Shown piece by piece: positions 14,210-27,245 of a stretch of DNA of 64,000 nucleotides (position 1 is its first letter; every line of letters begins with the position of its first letter). The notes under the pieces were generated by a model. That model ran no database searches. It was not told where the DNA came from and saw nothing but the letters and a program-made list of their open reading frames with translations. The DNA is taken from contig NOWV01000116.1 in the NCBI GenBank assembly GCA_003344405.1, positions 62,001 through 126,000 on the forward strand. The letters are read 5' to 3'. The translations under genes and the position numbers were made by a program. The stretch comes from Trichoplax sp. H2 (taxonomy: Eukaryota).

Positions 14210-16095
14210 TAATTTATCCTAGTTTTATCCAGTAGACATAAAAGTAGACGCAATTATATTTTACTATAGTAACCAATGAGCTATAGTCGATAATGTTGAG
14301 TAATAGAATTGGATTTGTGTTTATTGCTATATTTGATCTGCTTCTTAAAATTAAACGATAGAACTATACTGACAATAAAACATTCGGAGTAAAGAAGAGA
14401 TTATTACGGAGTCTCGCTAATAATATTTACAAATTTCTACAACTACAGATTATAATTTCAAGGATCAGAATAATTGTCACCGAGCTCATTGAGTAATTTA
14501 TTGTCACCGTATGAACTTCCGTGAACCACATATAACTAAACTTAGTGAATTTAACAATCTTGACGGTGATCGCCTTTACGCACTAGGAACAATCAAAATT
14601 TACCTTGCCATTAGAAGCGAAAGTAAGTACTGTATACTTTTCTCAGTAAAAGATGCACAAATATAGTTTTTCATTTTCGGATAATATCGTCAATCACACA
14701 GAGAGATTATAATAGATATAGTATAGCTAATAAGTCTTATCAATAGAAAAGTTCGTAAAACGCGTACTTCAACTTATGCTGTATTGAGCACTCTACAGTC
14801 TACAAGCACCATTATTTATACCTTTAAAATGAATATATCTTTGATGATAGTTATGCTCCATACACGGTCGGTTCAAAGACAGATTACCAACTCCGTATAT
14901 TAAGCAATCGAATTAGAACTACTGTTAACTATTACGTCATCGCTTTGTTCTTTAGAATTTCTTAAAGTTATATAGATGATGCTAGAAGTATATCCAAATT
15001 GAATTTCGCCTTTATCGAGTAATCGATGATTCTGTTCTGTATTAACATCGGACATAAGGGTTGCATAAGTTGAATAAGGATTACAATTTCCTAATATCAT
15101 CCTAAACGCTTGAACTACAGGTTGAAATTATAATTCTCTTGTACAAAACAATCGATAACCTCCATGACATTCAGCGTAGTATCTAAGCAGAAATTTAAAG
15201 GATGAATTTGACTAGATAAAATTTGAAATTTACAGGCGTCAAGAACGCGAATGTAGCACTCCAATTGTGCGCTTAAATTAGACAACAATAAATTATAAAT
15301 CTTCTGTGAAAATGATAGTTTTCTATTTAAACCGTTAAAGAGAATGTTGCTCCCATTGTTACATCCCAAACTTTATCCTGTCATTCATAAAAATAGACTT
15401 AATTATGTTTTCTCTGACAGTGCGCTATTTCGTTTTACGAATTAGTTATATATTTTCGAGCAAAATAGTAAATCATGTCATGATAGTTACCAATGAGCCA
15501 TAGTTAGTGATGATAAGTAATAGCATTCGATTTTTATTTGTTCCTCTATTAGGGAAGCCTTAAAATTCTCCGATAGCACCAATGAATAAGATTTAGAGTG
15601 GAATAGAGTTTGTTATGAAGTCTAGCTGACAAGATTTCACAGATTTCTATAGCCAAAAGTTATAGACTTAAGCTTAAGAACAGTTCTTAATTTTTCCATT
15701 GAACATTTTATTGTCCCTATATGAAGTTACATCAACAGCATATAGCTTAATATAGTGAATTTAACAATCTCGATGATTATTTCCCTGACGTACCAGGGGC
15801 ATTAAAAATTACTATACCACTGAAAGTAAAACTAAATATGTTTTCTTAGTAAAAGTTGCGCTAATATAATTCGTCTAACTATCCTTTCGTTTTCGAATAA
15901 TATTGCCAATCACACAGAAGGATTGCAATAAGGTATAGCTAATAATAGCTATTAATAGAGGATTACTTATCTTTTTCAACTTCTACAGCATTAAGATCTT
16001 CCAACCTATAACTATTTGTACCTTTAAGATTAAATATCTTTGATGACAGATATACTGGCTAAAAAAGTATTTCGAGGCAGGTTACCAATTGCGTT
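14210..16095. repeat. Diverged ~700 bp direct duplication (about 14210-14895 vs 15370-16095)
   Basis: Colinear shared blocks: accaatgagc(t/c)atagt, tagtgaatttaacaatct, caatcacacaga, gtatagctaataa, acctttaa..atatctttgatga, ttaccaa. Confidence 0.75.
14900..15175 (-). pseudogene. Frameshifted 3' remnant of the tandem family, B-like
   Basis: ORF 14900-15100 contains LLDKGEIQFGY (family tail motif GEIQFR). 15095-15175 matches copy B 10521-10600 (gcttgaactacaggttgaaa...tgtacaaaa.aatcgata.cctc) with an indel. Confidence 0.8.
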
Positions 16096-17594
16096 AATTA
16101 GATATGAGCTCGCTGCGAACCATGTCATAATTTAAGAGATTGATATATAAGGACTTTGTTAGACTATAATCCTTTATTGATAGTTGAATATTATTACTAT
16201 TTACGGAAAATAATATTATTTTTTACGTCTGATATTATTAATTAATTAATTTGCAGTGATAAATACTGAGGTATTAATTAATGACTCTAGCCGTGATATC
16301 TATTAATTAGCGCCTAGTCCCATAAGTTACGCTAAGTTGTATCTAAATTAAATCGAGTAATCTTTGGTGTCTGTATACTGTGTGACTGAGATGATATTAT
16401 ACAAGATCTGAATACTAAATTGTTAACTGAAGTTTCACCCGAAATCATAGCGGAAAATACTGATACCTTTTGGATCTAAATGATCCTCTCATCAAAATAC
16501 TATTTGTACTACTATCTATTGAGTGTTGACTTTGACTTACAAGTTATAAAATAAACTAGCTTTCCGCTACTGAAGGTCTCCAGAGGATAGATAGAGCCTA
16601 ACTAGAATAGATATTAAAGTAGAAGGATAATCACCAGAGTCGTGATAGTATGTTAAGCAATATAATCTAAAGTAGTAGTCTTTGCATCATCTTCCTTTTA
16701 GAATATCTAAAAAAGCTTTTTGGATAGTGCTGAAATCAGATCAAAATTGAATTTTTCCTTTATAAATTAACCGATGATTAGGTTAATCTATATTAGTATA
16801 GGATGATGTAAGGGCTGTATAATTTGGATTTGGATTAAAATTACCGAATATAATTCTTGTAATTGGTATTATACTAATTATATTAAGAGAAGAAGGTATA
16901 GTAAAATACGAACGCAATCACAGTGATGGCGCTTTTTCAGTTTAGATCAGTTTAACAGTCAGATCTAATTGTAATTAATACTAATTATATATAGGAGAGC
17001 CAGATTCAGTAATAAACGCAAGTTAAAACTATCTCAGACTTTGTATTAAGGTAAGGGTAGTTTACTAGCGTACGATCAAACCCAAGATACCGTACAATAA
17101 TTATAATCGGAGTACCTCTTCAGCCATGGTAAGCTTAGTTGCGCATTTACATTAATTGTCAGTTAAATCTTAGAACTTAATCCTAGTAATAGGGCCTAGT
17201 TAACAATGATCCTGTATGCTTACAGTAGGTCAATAAAAATTTAGGGAGTAGATCGTACATTGTACAGTGCTTATATTAATTAATTTTTTATAGCAGTTAC
17301 GTCCTTGTAAAGAGCGAATTTTTAAATCTCTTACAGTCCGAATTCGCCATCTTGAAATTTGAGTTTTTAAATCAGGTAAATTTCTAGTGTGATAGTAAAT
17401 AGGCTGAGCTACTTTTAATCTTAAAAGCAAAGTTCATTTTGAGTCAGGCTATCGAAGAAGAATCTAATTTCTTCCCCTTCTAAGAAATGGTGAAAACGGC
17501 TAAGATAAACCGAATAACCAACTTATTAGACTCTATAATAAAAATTCGATACAATTTGCTCAATCCAATACTCCTTTTTGATACTCTGCTGAGG

Positions 17595-18005
17595 AAGTAT
17601 GAATTATATTTGTATATTATCCGCAAGCAGAAAATGATAGCGTTTCATGATACTAGCAATCACCTAAAATTGCTTTATTAAATTATTTATATATAAGGTT
17701 ATGCACTACTCAATAACCACGAATCGCATTGGTGTATTGCGTCATCAAAAATAGAACATTACTATATTTGATACTGCTAGCAACCTTCTTCAATTATTTT
17801 ATTAAGCATCACACAAGAATTACTAAAAGCATTTGTATATTACTAAAACACAGAACATAATAACGTTTTATCATACCAGTAAACATCTAGAATTACTTTA
17901 TTAATTAGGTACTATTCAAGAATTATCGATTGCATTTGTATATTATTTAAAAACACAACATTATATCGCTACGTCATCAGCAGTCATCTATAATTGCTTT
18001 ATTTA
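17595..18005. repeat. Degenerate ~105 bp tandem repeat (3-4 units) in the 3' flank of copy C
   Basis: Recurring caagaatta..gcatttgtatatta..aaaca..catcta.aatt.ctttatt blocks. The array recurs at about 8570-8870. Confidence 0.6.
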
Positions 18006-18106
18006 GCGCAGCGACTATTCTACATCACATAGTGCTTTATTTCATATCACAGTTCTATTTTTAACACATCTTACTATAATAATTACCTGATATCGCTACA
18101 GTCCTA

Positions 18107-21025
18107 TTATGATGTGCGATGTAAAAGCGATTCACGTTCACTGTTTATTAAAAAATCTTCCTCCTGTCCTTCACAATGTCCAAATGACTGTTTGATTTTT
18201 CTAAAGATGTTTCCTAATCTCAATTTGCATGTACTAAGGAATAGACTATTTGCTTGATCACGGTAAAGTTCCATTCCTATTATTCCGCTATCAACACTAT
18301 CAGGAAAATTATTTGCCAGACTCATCCTATACGCCTGAACGATAGGCTGAAATTGTATTCCTTTAGTACAAAATAATCGATAACCTCTTCGATATTGAAC
18401 TATATTAGCAACTAATATCATATCCATAATCTCTTCCTTTAATGCTGGTATTTTAACATATTGAAGCGATAGATTCACTGCTAAAAGAATAAAAGGCAAA
18501 CTAGCAATGGCAGAGCTTAATGATGAAAATGGTCGAGTTCTGTAATTCAGTAAACTGGTTAAAATAAAGGTTAGAAAAATCCCAGTTACAAAAATAATAT
18601 TGATTATCATGCGCCATAGACTGATCGATATGTGCGGTGCATAATAACATAGATATTGATGTAATTCTGAAGGAATAGCAATAATCTCTGTATTAGCAAT
18701 GTCTTCTTTACAGTAATAAATTGGACATAAGTGACTTTTAAAATAGTTACGGTCGCTATTCCGTAGATGGTGTTCGATTGTTGTTAACAGCATGTCAATT
18801 CCAAGAGTATAAGGACAACGACGGCAGCCATTGACACATTGAGACAGCGTTACTACTACAGTCTTATCAGGCAGTATTTCATAACGAAAAACAATTTTAC
18901 ATATTCCATCTAAAATATGGTGATTAGGCTTTTTTTGGATCCATAGAATATACCTAGTAATATTATGTCGTATCTGATTGTCTTGCAGCATTTCAGGTAA
19001 ATCAACTAGAACATTATCGTATGTTATAGTTACAAATACATGTAGATTTCCTTCTTTAGCACGCAGTATTTCTTTAGTAGTTTGATTTACTTTATCCTGC
19101 AATTGAATTATTCGCCTTGATATTATTTTCTCATTTCTAAAATAGGCGTCAAAAGTATATACAATATAATACAAGTAGGGGACTACAGTAACTATAACGA
19201 CGCTAAAATAGACCGGAAAGGAAATCATAAAAGTCACAACCGTAATAATTATCCTAATTATAAGCTGAAGGCCCATCCTTATGGTCAATATAGTGGAAAT
19301 CGAATAAAACAGCGATATAAAGGCTATCAGTGTGGATACGATATAGCTAAGAAATCGCGATGACATTTTTTCAGAAAGTAATGCCTTTTTCATTCTCATA
19401 TGGAACAATTCTGCTATAAACATAATACTTCGTAAATTACCGATTCCTCCAAATATATAAAATGGTAAGCATAATATAAGCGATAAGAAATTGATGGTAA
19501 AGCCTACGACATGAAATGACCGCATGTGGTAAATTGTGCTATTGATATAATGCATGATTTGGAAGTGTAATTCTCGATAACTGTCTGGTGAAATATAGCG
19601 AAGTCGATGTGGTTCCTCAAATATAGGCCTATATCGATAGGAATAATCTTCACGGCTACAATATTGTTTAAGGTAAGTCAAAATGATGAAAAATATAGAA
19701 ATACCACAACTGTAGACTAAATATAGAAATGCTTGTTCTATAAAGCGTGGTATTCTAACTTGATACATGTTTGGAAAGATAATAAAGTGAGCTGAAAATT
19801 TTTGCATAAAAAATGAAAAAAATCCAATCGAAAAGGTAATAACAGCAAATAGGCAATACTTGAATGCATAATTTACAAGCGCCCAGCCAGTTCTATGTTT
19901 ATTCTCTGATAGATAGAAATATCCCATATCTTGCAGTCTAAATTCGTTTAGTATTCGTACAGAGACAGATTCAATTTTAGTATTTCTAAAATAAAATTAT
20001 AAGAAAACACCAAACAGGAAGAAATAAATTAGTGTTACATTAAACGAATATTGGCTTTATACAAACCGCGCTACGTTATTCTAAATTTATAAGATTAATA
20101 TATTTAGCCTATGTAAGACCATAGACTAATATCATAACAAGGTAATTTCGTTAGGTATGCTAAGATTTCGCTATCTTATACCTTAACTTTTTATTAAACA
20201 AATTAAGAAGAAAATTAACTTATCCAATGAATACAATTAACAAAGTTTTGAACTTAACCTTTATTTCTACTAATATTGTGGTTGCTATTTAGCTTACCTT
20301 TCCAATCTTCGTAGATACCAACTTATTATTCTATCAACAGCTGTCCCACTTAATAAAATGCTTAACAAAATTGTGACTAGCGTTACTACAGGGATATACC
20401 ATAGAAATCTTTTCTTAATAAAACATGTTGGAATATTTATCTTAGCGTTTCGTGGATCCTTTTGACAGCAGGAATATATATCGATATTATGAAAGAATGC
20501 ATCCTTTTGTGTAAAATTTCTTCGACAGATAGTACCGCAGTCTTCGCCACTACAACTTTTATTCAATTCAATCAGTTCAGCCAATGCTGTAAATATAGCA
20601 TAATCTCTAGAGTAAGAGTCTGATAAGTGGCCATAACAGCCAACTGTCGATTCATTAAAAGATATCTTCAATGATGACATAAAAACTGCATAAAGGCTTA
20701 AACTCATAGCAGCGTAATCATTAGGCAAAGTAAAAATAATTTCGCCTACATTTTTCTTAACCCAGCCAAAAAATACAGTGCTATTATGATATCGGTGAAC
20801 TCTCTGACGTCCTATATACAGGTCGAATATAATCACTCTAACAGAATCAGATTGGATCATTTCATTTAAATGCATATAAGTTTGCGCTTTATCTTGGATA
20901 ACAAGTTGGCAATTGTTTTCATAGGGTGATAGATTCGCTTGAATATCAACGAAATGCAATGATAGACAAATCAAAGAAAGGATTACGCAGGGTCCAGTAA
21001 ATCGATTTATTTTGTTATAAATCAT
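18107..21025 (-). CDS. Uncharacterised multi-pass membrane protein, array copy C (868 aa)
   Basis: Exons 20298-21025 and 18107-19985. AG|GTAAG and ttttag|A, phase 2; junction reads RLER-NTKIESVSVRILN. Confidence 0.9.
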
Positions 21026-22679
21026 GATTGCTTGTGATGAGAAGAAACAGAGCTAGAATAAAGGATATTCATAAATAGTTACTGTTGAAGCTATCTGCAG
21101 TCTTGTATTTTGGAGGAGATCAGCTATCATTTGATGTAGATTGCGATTATTTCTTAATCGTCATAATGCATTAAGGGACATTTCAGCATGCCTTGACAGG
21201 TAAAATAAATATTGTTCCGGTCATGGTTATACCTATCTGCTATCGACTATAAGGACAAAATGTGAGAACTCTAATTGGCTAGAAATAATCGTACACAAAT
21301 GATTTGAATCGAGTTTAAACTGAAATTCTATCTACAGTATTTGGGTTATTTTCCTTTAACTACCGTACTGCTTCTATACCTGCAGTGGTCAATAAATACT
21401 GTTTTAGGTGACGTTAAAGTTTACAACAAAGGGATAACGTCCCATCATATTGAATCTTATTAGTAACAATAATTTTAAATTATAATGGGTACCTAATATT
21501 ATTTGTTATGATTGAAATTCTCTAAAACTAGTAGAATGAGATCTTTAAGGTAAAAACGTCAATCGATATTACGGAGAAATATATTTTATTTATAAAAGCC
21601 ATTATTATCTTCTGGTGAAGTGTAATGATCGAAGTTGATTGTAATAGGCATTTTAAACTTCTTGGCAGTAAATTAACTGATATCTTAATTTTACAAGATT
21701 CATAACACCGCATGCTAGTAATTTTAAATAAGCAACATAACCGACCTTGATTTTCGATCATATAGCCTGCTATGCGAGTATAGCATAACTTCTAACTGCG
21801 TTAAGGGTTTCTTTTAAAAAATATCGCGAAAAAATTGAAAAGAAACCGCACTATACCGTATTTAAGAATTTCATCTTTTGTTTATGAAAGATTGCCGTAC
21901 TTTTTAATTTCGGGATAAGCCGTAGCTGTTTTACTCATTTCTCTAGTTCATGTTACCTATTTGATTTATTAGTTTGATTTATTAGTTTTTAGTGGTGATG
22001 CATGCGAATTTACTTTCATTTGCAATGGCTGGTGTTCAGATCACCTCCCATTTGGTCTATGCACATCTGATACATTCGGTTGCAGGCACTTGCTGTGTTG
22101 CTACAACACATTAGATAATAGCCAAATTTATCAAAGATGGACGACTGCCAATCGTAATCAAAGCTGGTGTTTTAATAAGTTCAGCATTAAACTAACTTCC
22201 ATTTAGCATAGGTAAATTTAAGATCATTTGCCAAAGCTGGCGCTAAGCTAATTTCTCCTTTCAACCATATGCAAACGATATACGTGTATTCGTCCTCAGA
22301 GACTTATTGTTACTTTTCATAAGACTGTGGAAGATTTATAAAAGTATACGACTACCAAATATTAGTAATAGTGCTTTTATAGGTATAAATGTCAATCTGA
22401 TATTCATCTAGTATTTAGCTACTATGGCATAATTAGTATTAATTAAAATGAGCCAGTTTAAAGCACTGATGCCATTATTAATAGTAGTTCTGTAAGCAAT
22501 GCAATATATGAACTCAATATTTAGAAAGGATATCTAAACTAGCATTTATTACACGAATATGAATAGAAGTAACTAGTATGGAAAAATATTTGGTAATGCC
22601 CTTTCAAGATCAGATATCAATCAGATATTAATCAATCGCACTAATAACTCATACAAGATCACCGTAGTGTACGGATTCT

Positions 22680-23030
22680 TAGCCCTAGGTTCGTAATCCA
22701 TCAACTCCAAATTCTGAGTTGTTAAAATCAAGCAAATCCCAATGTGACACAAAATAGTCAAAACTGTATAATTGACTTATAACAGTTAAGTTTATTAACG
22801 TCCGTGTGGCGTCCGTCGGAGGAGAATTCCAATTTCTTCGCCTCATAATAACAGTCGAAAATGGCTAAGATAAACCGGATAATCGACTTAGCCTCCACGA
22901 TAACATTTCTTTACAACTTATATAAATTATCATCAATTGCTCCTCTACATAGGAGTCATCAATCACATTAGTATATTACTTAATAACTTGACTTAATATT
23001 ACTATCAGTTACGTCCTTATATAGCACATA
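22680..23030. repeat. Non-coding block shared by the 3' flanks of copies C, D and E (also about 17335-17560 and 29030-29380)
   Basis: Core ga.gaagaat..aat..cttc..ct..taa..a.gg.gaaa..ggctaa..taaac..gataa.c.actta occurs at about 17455, 22818 and 29160. Confidence 0.75.
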
Positions 23031-23518
23031 CTCTATTAAGATATACAGTTCTACACTAAATACTATCGCTGTATTGCCTACACAAAACTACTGCAATTGG
23101 CTAAAATCACTACAATCACTGACCTAATTATTATTTCACTACATAGCAAAACTATAAAACAAACGACAGAAATTATCATAGAACACAGATGAAATACATT
23201 ACCCAGAATATAGTGTAGAATGTAATATTATTATCATACAATTATCATGTTAAGTAGTTAGATTGCAATCACAAGATGTGCAAATCACAGTAATAGTAAA
23301 ATATGCAGATCAAGAATAGTCATAATTCAGCAAGTACTAATGATGTAATATTCTATAATTCCGCAATGTATCGCAGTTACAGTAGGCAAGATCTTAGCAC
23401 TATAGCAGCTTACCAGAAAGTATGTTATCAACTACATTAGAGTGTAATGATTCAATATCTTTCGCGATTATAATATGATGAGATTTCTTATCAAAATTCT
23501 GTACATATTAGTTAATGG

Positions 23519-26500
23519 CTATGCAATAGGATCAGTAGCAAATTTATCCACCAGAGGCTCACGTTCTCCTTTAATTCCTACGCGTTCAGCAATTGCACTA
23601 TTTTCACTTGAGTTAGAAGTACGTATAAAAATATTTTTAATTGCTTTAAAAATAAGTCGAAATTGGATTTCTCCTTTATATATAAGTGAATTTGCTTGAT
23701 TAGACTGATTTTCATGAATGGAAATTTCTTCTTCTACACCGTCCTTATAGGCATCATCAATAGTTTGGACATTATGAATCTCAGCTGCTGAATGACCAGT
23801 ATTTAATTGAAATGCACTATCCGTTGCTATTTCTGTTGACGGACTGTTAATTGATTGGGTTATATCACTATTAGCTTCTGTTGTGATAACAGATTGATTT
23901 CCGCTACTAACTGTGCTTCCTACTGATCGATTACTATTTGAATCTACTTCAGGTATATAAAATTTTATAGTCTTATTTTTTCTATGGTAATGTTCAAAAG
24001 TTGCTCTAAACGACTGAAGGATGGGCTGAAAATAAATACCTCTTTCTAAAAATAATCGATAGCCTCGTCTATATTGAATAATATTAGCAATCAGTATTCT
24101 ATCAATAGTTTCTTCATCTATTTCTGTTGCCACTAAGTAATTCATTGATAGAATAGTTGCTAAGTAAATATTCGGTACATGTGCGAGTGCAGAATTTAAT
24201 GATGAAAATAATTGCGTTCGGTAATCTAGTAATATTGTCAGAACAAATATGAAAAGTAGACCTGATGCAAGAATAATGCTAGATATTAATCGCCATAAAC
24301 TTGATGATATCATTGGTACATAATATCTTAGGTATTGATACAGCTCAGATGGAATTGATATGAGCTTATGATGAGCTATATCATCGTGAATAAAGTAGAC
24401 TTGTTTTGTCCATTTAATGAAATCTTGTGAGTTATTGATATTTAAATGATTTTCAATACAATGTTTTACTTGTTGGAAACCTTGCGAATATGGGCAATTT
24501 TCACAGCCATTTGTACATTGTAATAAGCTTACTGTAGTCTGCTTTTGATTATCGTTGACAGTCTTGATTTCATATTGTATAACAATTTTAGATATTCCAT
24601 CAAAAATCTGATGATGAGGTTGATTTAATATCCACGAGATGTACTTTTTCAAATTTTTCATGACTTTTGGGTCTTTCAACTTTGCTGGTACATCAATTTT
24701 GATCTCATCGTAACCATTGGCTAAATAAACTTCTAAAACACCTTTCTTAGCGTTTAACAGGGCATTCATTTCATCTTCAACTTTATCTTTCACCTTGATT
24801 ATTCTTGTTGGAATCATGCTACAGTTTTTATTATAAGTTTTGATTAAATTTACAATATAATGTATAAATGGAATTCCAATCACAACAGCGAGAGTAAAGT
24901 ATGTTGAATATGTAATCACAAATGCTATAATGGAGACAATAATCCTAAATACAATTTGAAAGCTAATCCATAGCAGAGCTAGGTGCATGAACGAATAAAG
25001 ATGACATAAAAATGAAAGATAAAAAGATAGTATACGATTAATAAAGGGCCACTTTCGGCTGTTTGGCATATAAATTTTTCTTAGTTTTAATGTTAATCTT
25101 TCTGACAGGAAGACTGCAGTACGAAAAGTACTGACTTGTGCAAAAAGGAAAAATGGAAAAGCAAATGTGAATGCTAAAATATTAAGGATGAATCCAGTAA
25201 GATTAAATAATCTTATGTGATGTATCGCGTCTGTAATATAAGTTATCATTAGTAAATATGATTGGCGATAGCTTGTTCGTGTAAAATGTCGATGATGTTC
25301 TGTTTGGATATTATGATTGGCACCATAGCAAAACAATTTTAAATGAGCGACGACAATGGTTACTGTACTAATTATTAAGGGGACACCTACCGCTAGTACA
25401 TATTTTTTTATGTTAAAGGGTATTTCAAGATGAGTCTTAGGAAAAATCATGAACATAAGAGGAAATTTTTGTATGAGGTATGATGCTGATGCAGTAGCAA
25501 AAGATACAATTGGAAGTAAGAGATATTTTAAGCTATCGACAATAGGCTTATAACGATAGCTGGATTCACTCTTATGGCGAATAGTATACCCTAAGTCTTG
25601 CAATGGTGAAGGATTCAATATGCGGACACGTATAGATCCGATTGTAGTATACCTAAGCAGGAATTAAGTGAATTAAATTTAAGTCAATAGATCTTGAAAC
25701 TTTATTATGCACGTATACTAAAAATGAAGAAGATCACCGTAATAATCATTTAAACTTTTTAAAATGTCTACATTTATTATTTTTCATGCAAGAAACGAAT
25801 GGTACTCGTACTTTTTAGAACAAGTAGTAAAATAAAATACTGGTTACTAGGCGATCTTTCGGTATACTAAAGTTTAAAAATTTCAGATACAGGTAGTATC
25901 TGTTACAGTTTACTTTGTGTATATAGCTACCTTACAGAATTATATTATAGTACATCCAGTCGTACAAAGATGATTTCCAGAAACAGTTACGATTAAGTCT
26001 ATGCTTTACTAAAGATAAATGTACAATCTTCACTGACTTAAAATCATGATGACATTCTTGTATAAATTGGCAAATTCATTAAATAATAAAGTTAATTTGC
26101 AATCGGTGTAAACTTACTCGCCAAAAATTGCATACCTTAAAAAATGTATAAACATTATCAAAAGTCTTTACTTAATTTACCGTAGGCAGAATGTATGCTA
26201 GTGTATAATATGAAATAACGCAAAATCAATAATCTACTCCGAACTTGACATGATATTTGTTATCTTAGTCATTATTGATGAATTTGCCAAAAACGAAGCA
26301 TATACTATAACCGTTACAATCATTCTAATCTCGTGAACATCTATCTTCACTATATTTCATACGAGAAATGATTTAAATCTTTTGTAGAGTCAATGACAAA
26401 GTGTTGCAATAATATTATTTCGCTTAATTAACCTTATATAGAAGTATGCTAGTGTAATTTAATATAATTGCAGATTAATAGTTTGCACTAAATTTGACTT

Positions 26501-27245
26501 ACAATATTTGACTATCCAAGTATTTATTGATGAATCTGTTCAAAGCCATTCCGCCTAGGTGGATACTTATTATAGTAGAAACCGCCTGCATTAGTGAGAC
26601 ATACCAATCAGCCCTCTCTTCTGTCAAACATTTATCAATATTAATATCTCCAGTCAATAAATCTTTATGACAGCATGAAAAGACAATTTTATCGCCAAGC
26701 CAACCATCATGTTTAGTATAATTTCTTCTGCAAATAGTTCCACAACTGTCGTTAGTACAGTTTTCCTTTAATCGAGTAAAATCAGTTAAGGCTGCAAAAG
26801 TAATATAACCCTTACAATAATCATCATGGAAGCGATGATAACAACCGGGAGATGATTCTTGGAAAGAAATTTTCAATTTCGATATGAAAACGGCGTAAAG
26901 ACTAAATGTTAAAGCAATGTAATCGCTAGGCAAAGTAAATACACCTTTCCCGAGATTTTTCTTAATCCATGCGTAGAATATAGTCCTGCGAGTGCCAATA
27001 TGAGTAGTTTTATTGCCTATGTACAGATCGAAGAAAATTGCTCGTATTGATTCCGTTTTAAGCATTTGTGTAAAATTGACGTGAGCCCGTGGTCCTTCCT
27101 TGATACTGAGTCGACATTGTAGCAAGCATGATGATAAATTGAGTTGTGAAGTTGCGATAGAATGTGGAAATACTAGCAAGATATAGATTATTAAGGGTAG
27201 GCAGTAGGATAGAGATCGATAACCAGTAGTTTTTGTGTTAATCAT
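23519..27245 (-). CDS. Uncharacterised multi-pass membrane protein, array copy D (958 aa)
   Basis: Exons 26503-27245 and 23519-25652. TT|GTAAGT and gcttag|G, phase 2; junction reads SQIL-YTTIGSIRVRILN. Confidence 0.9.
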
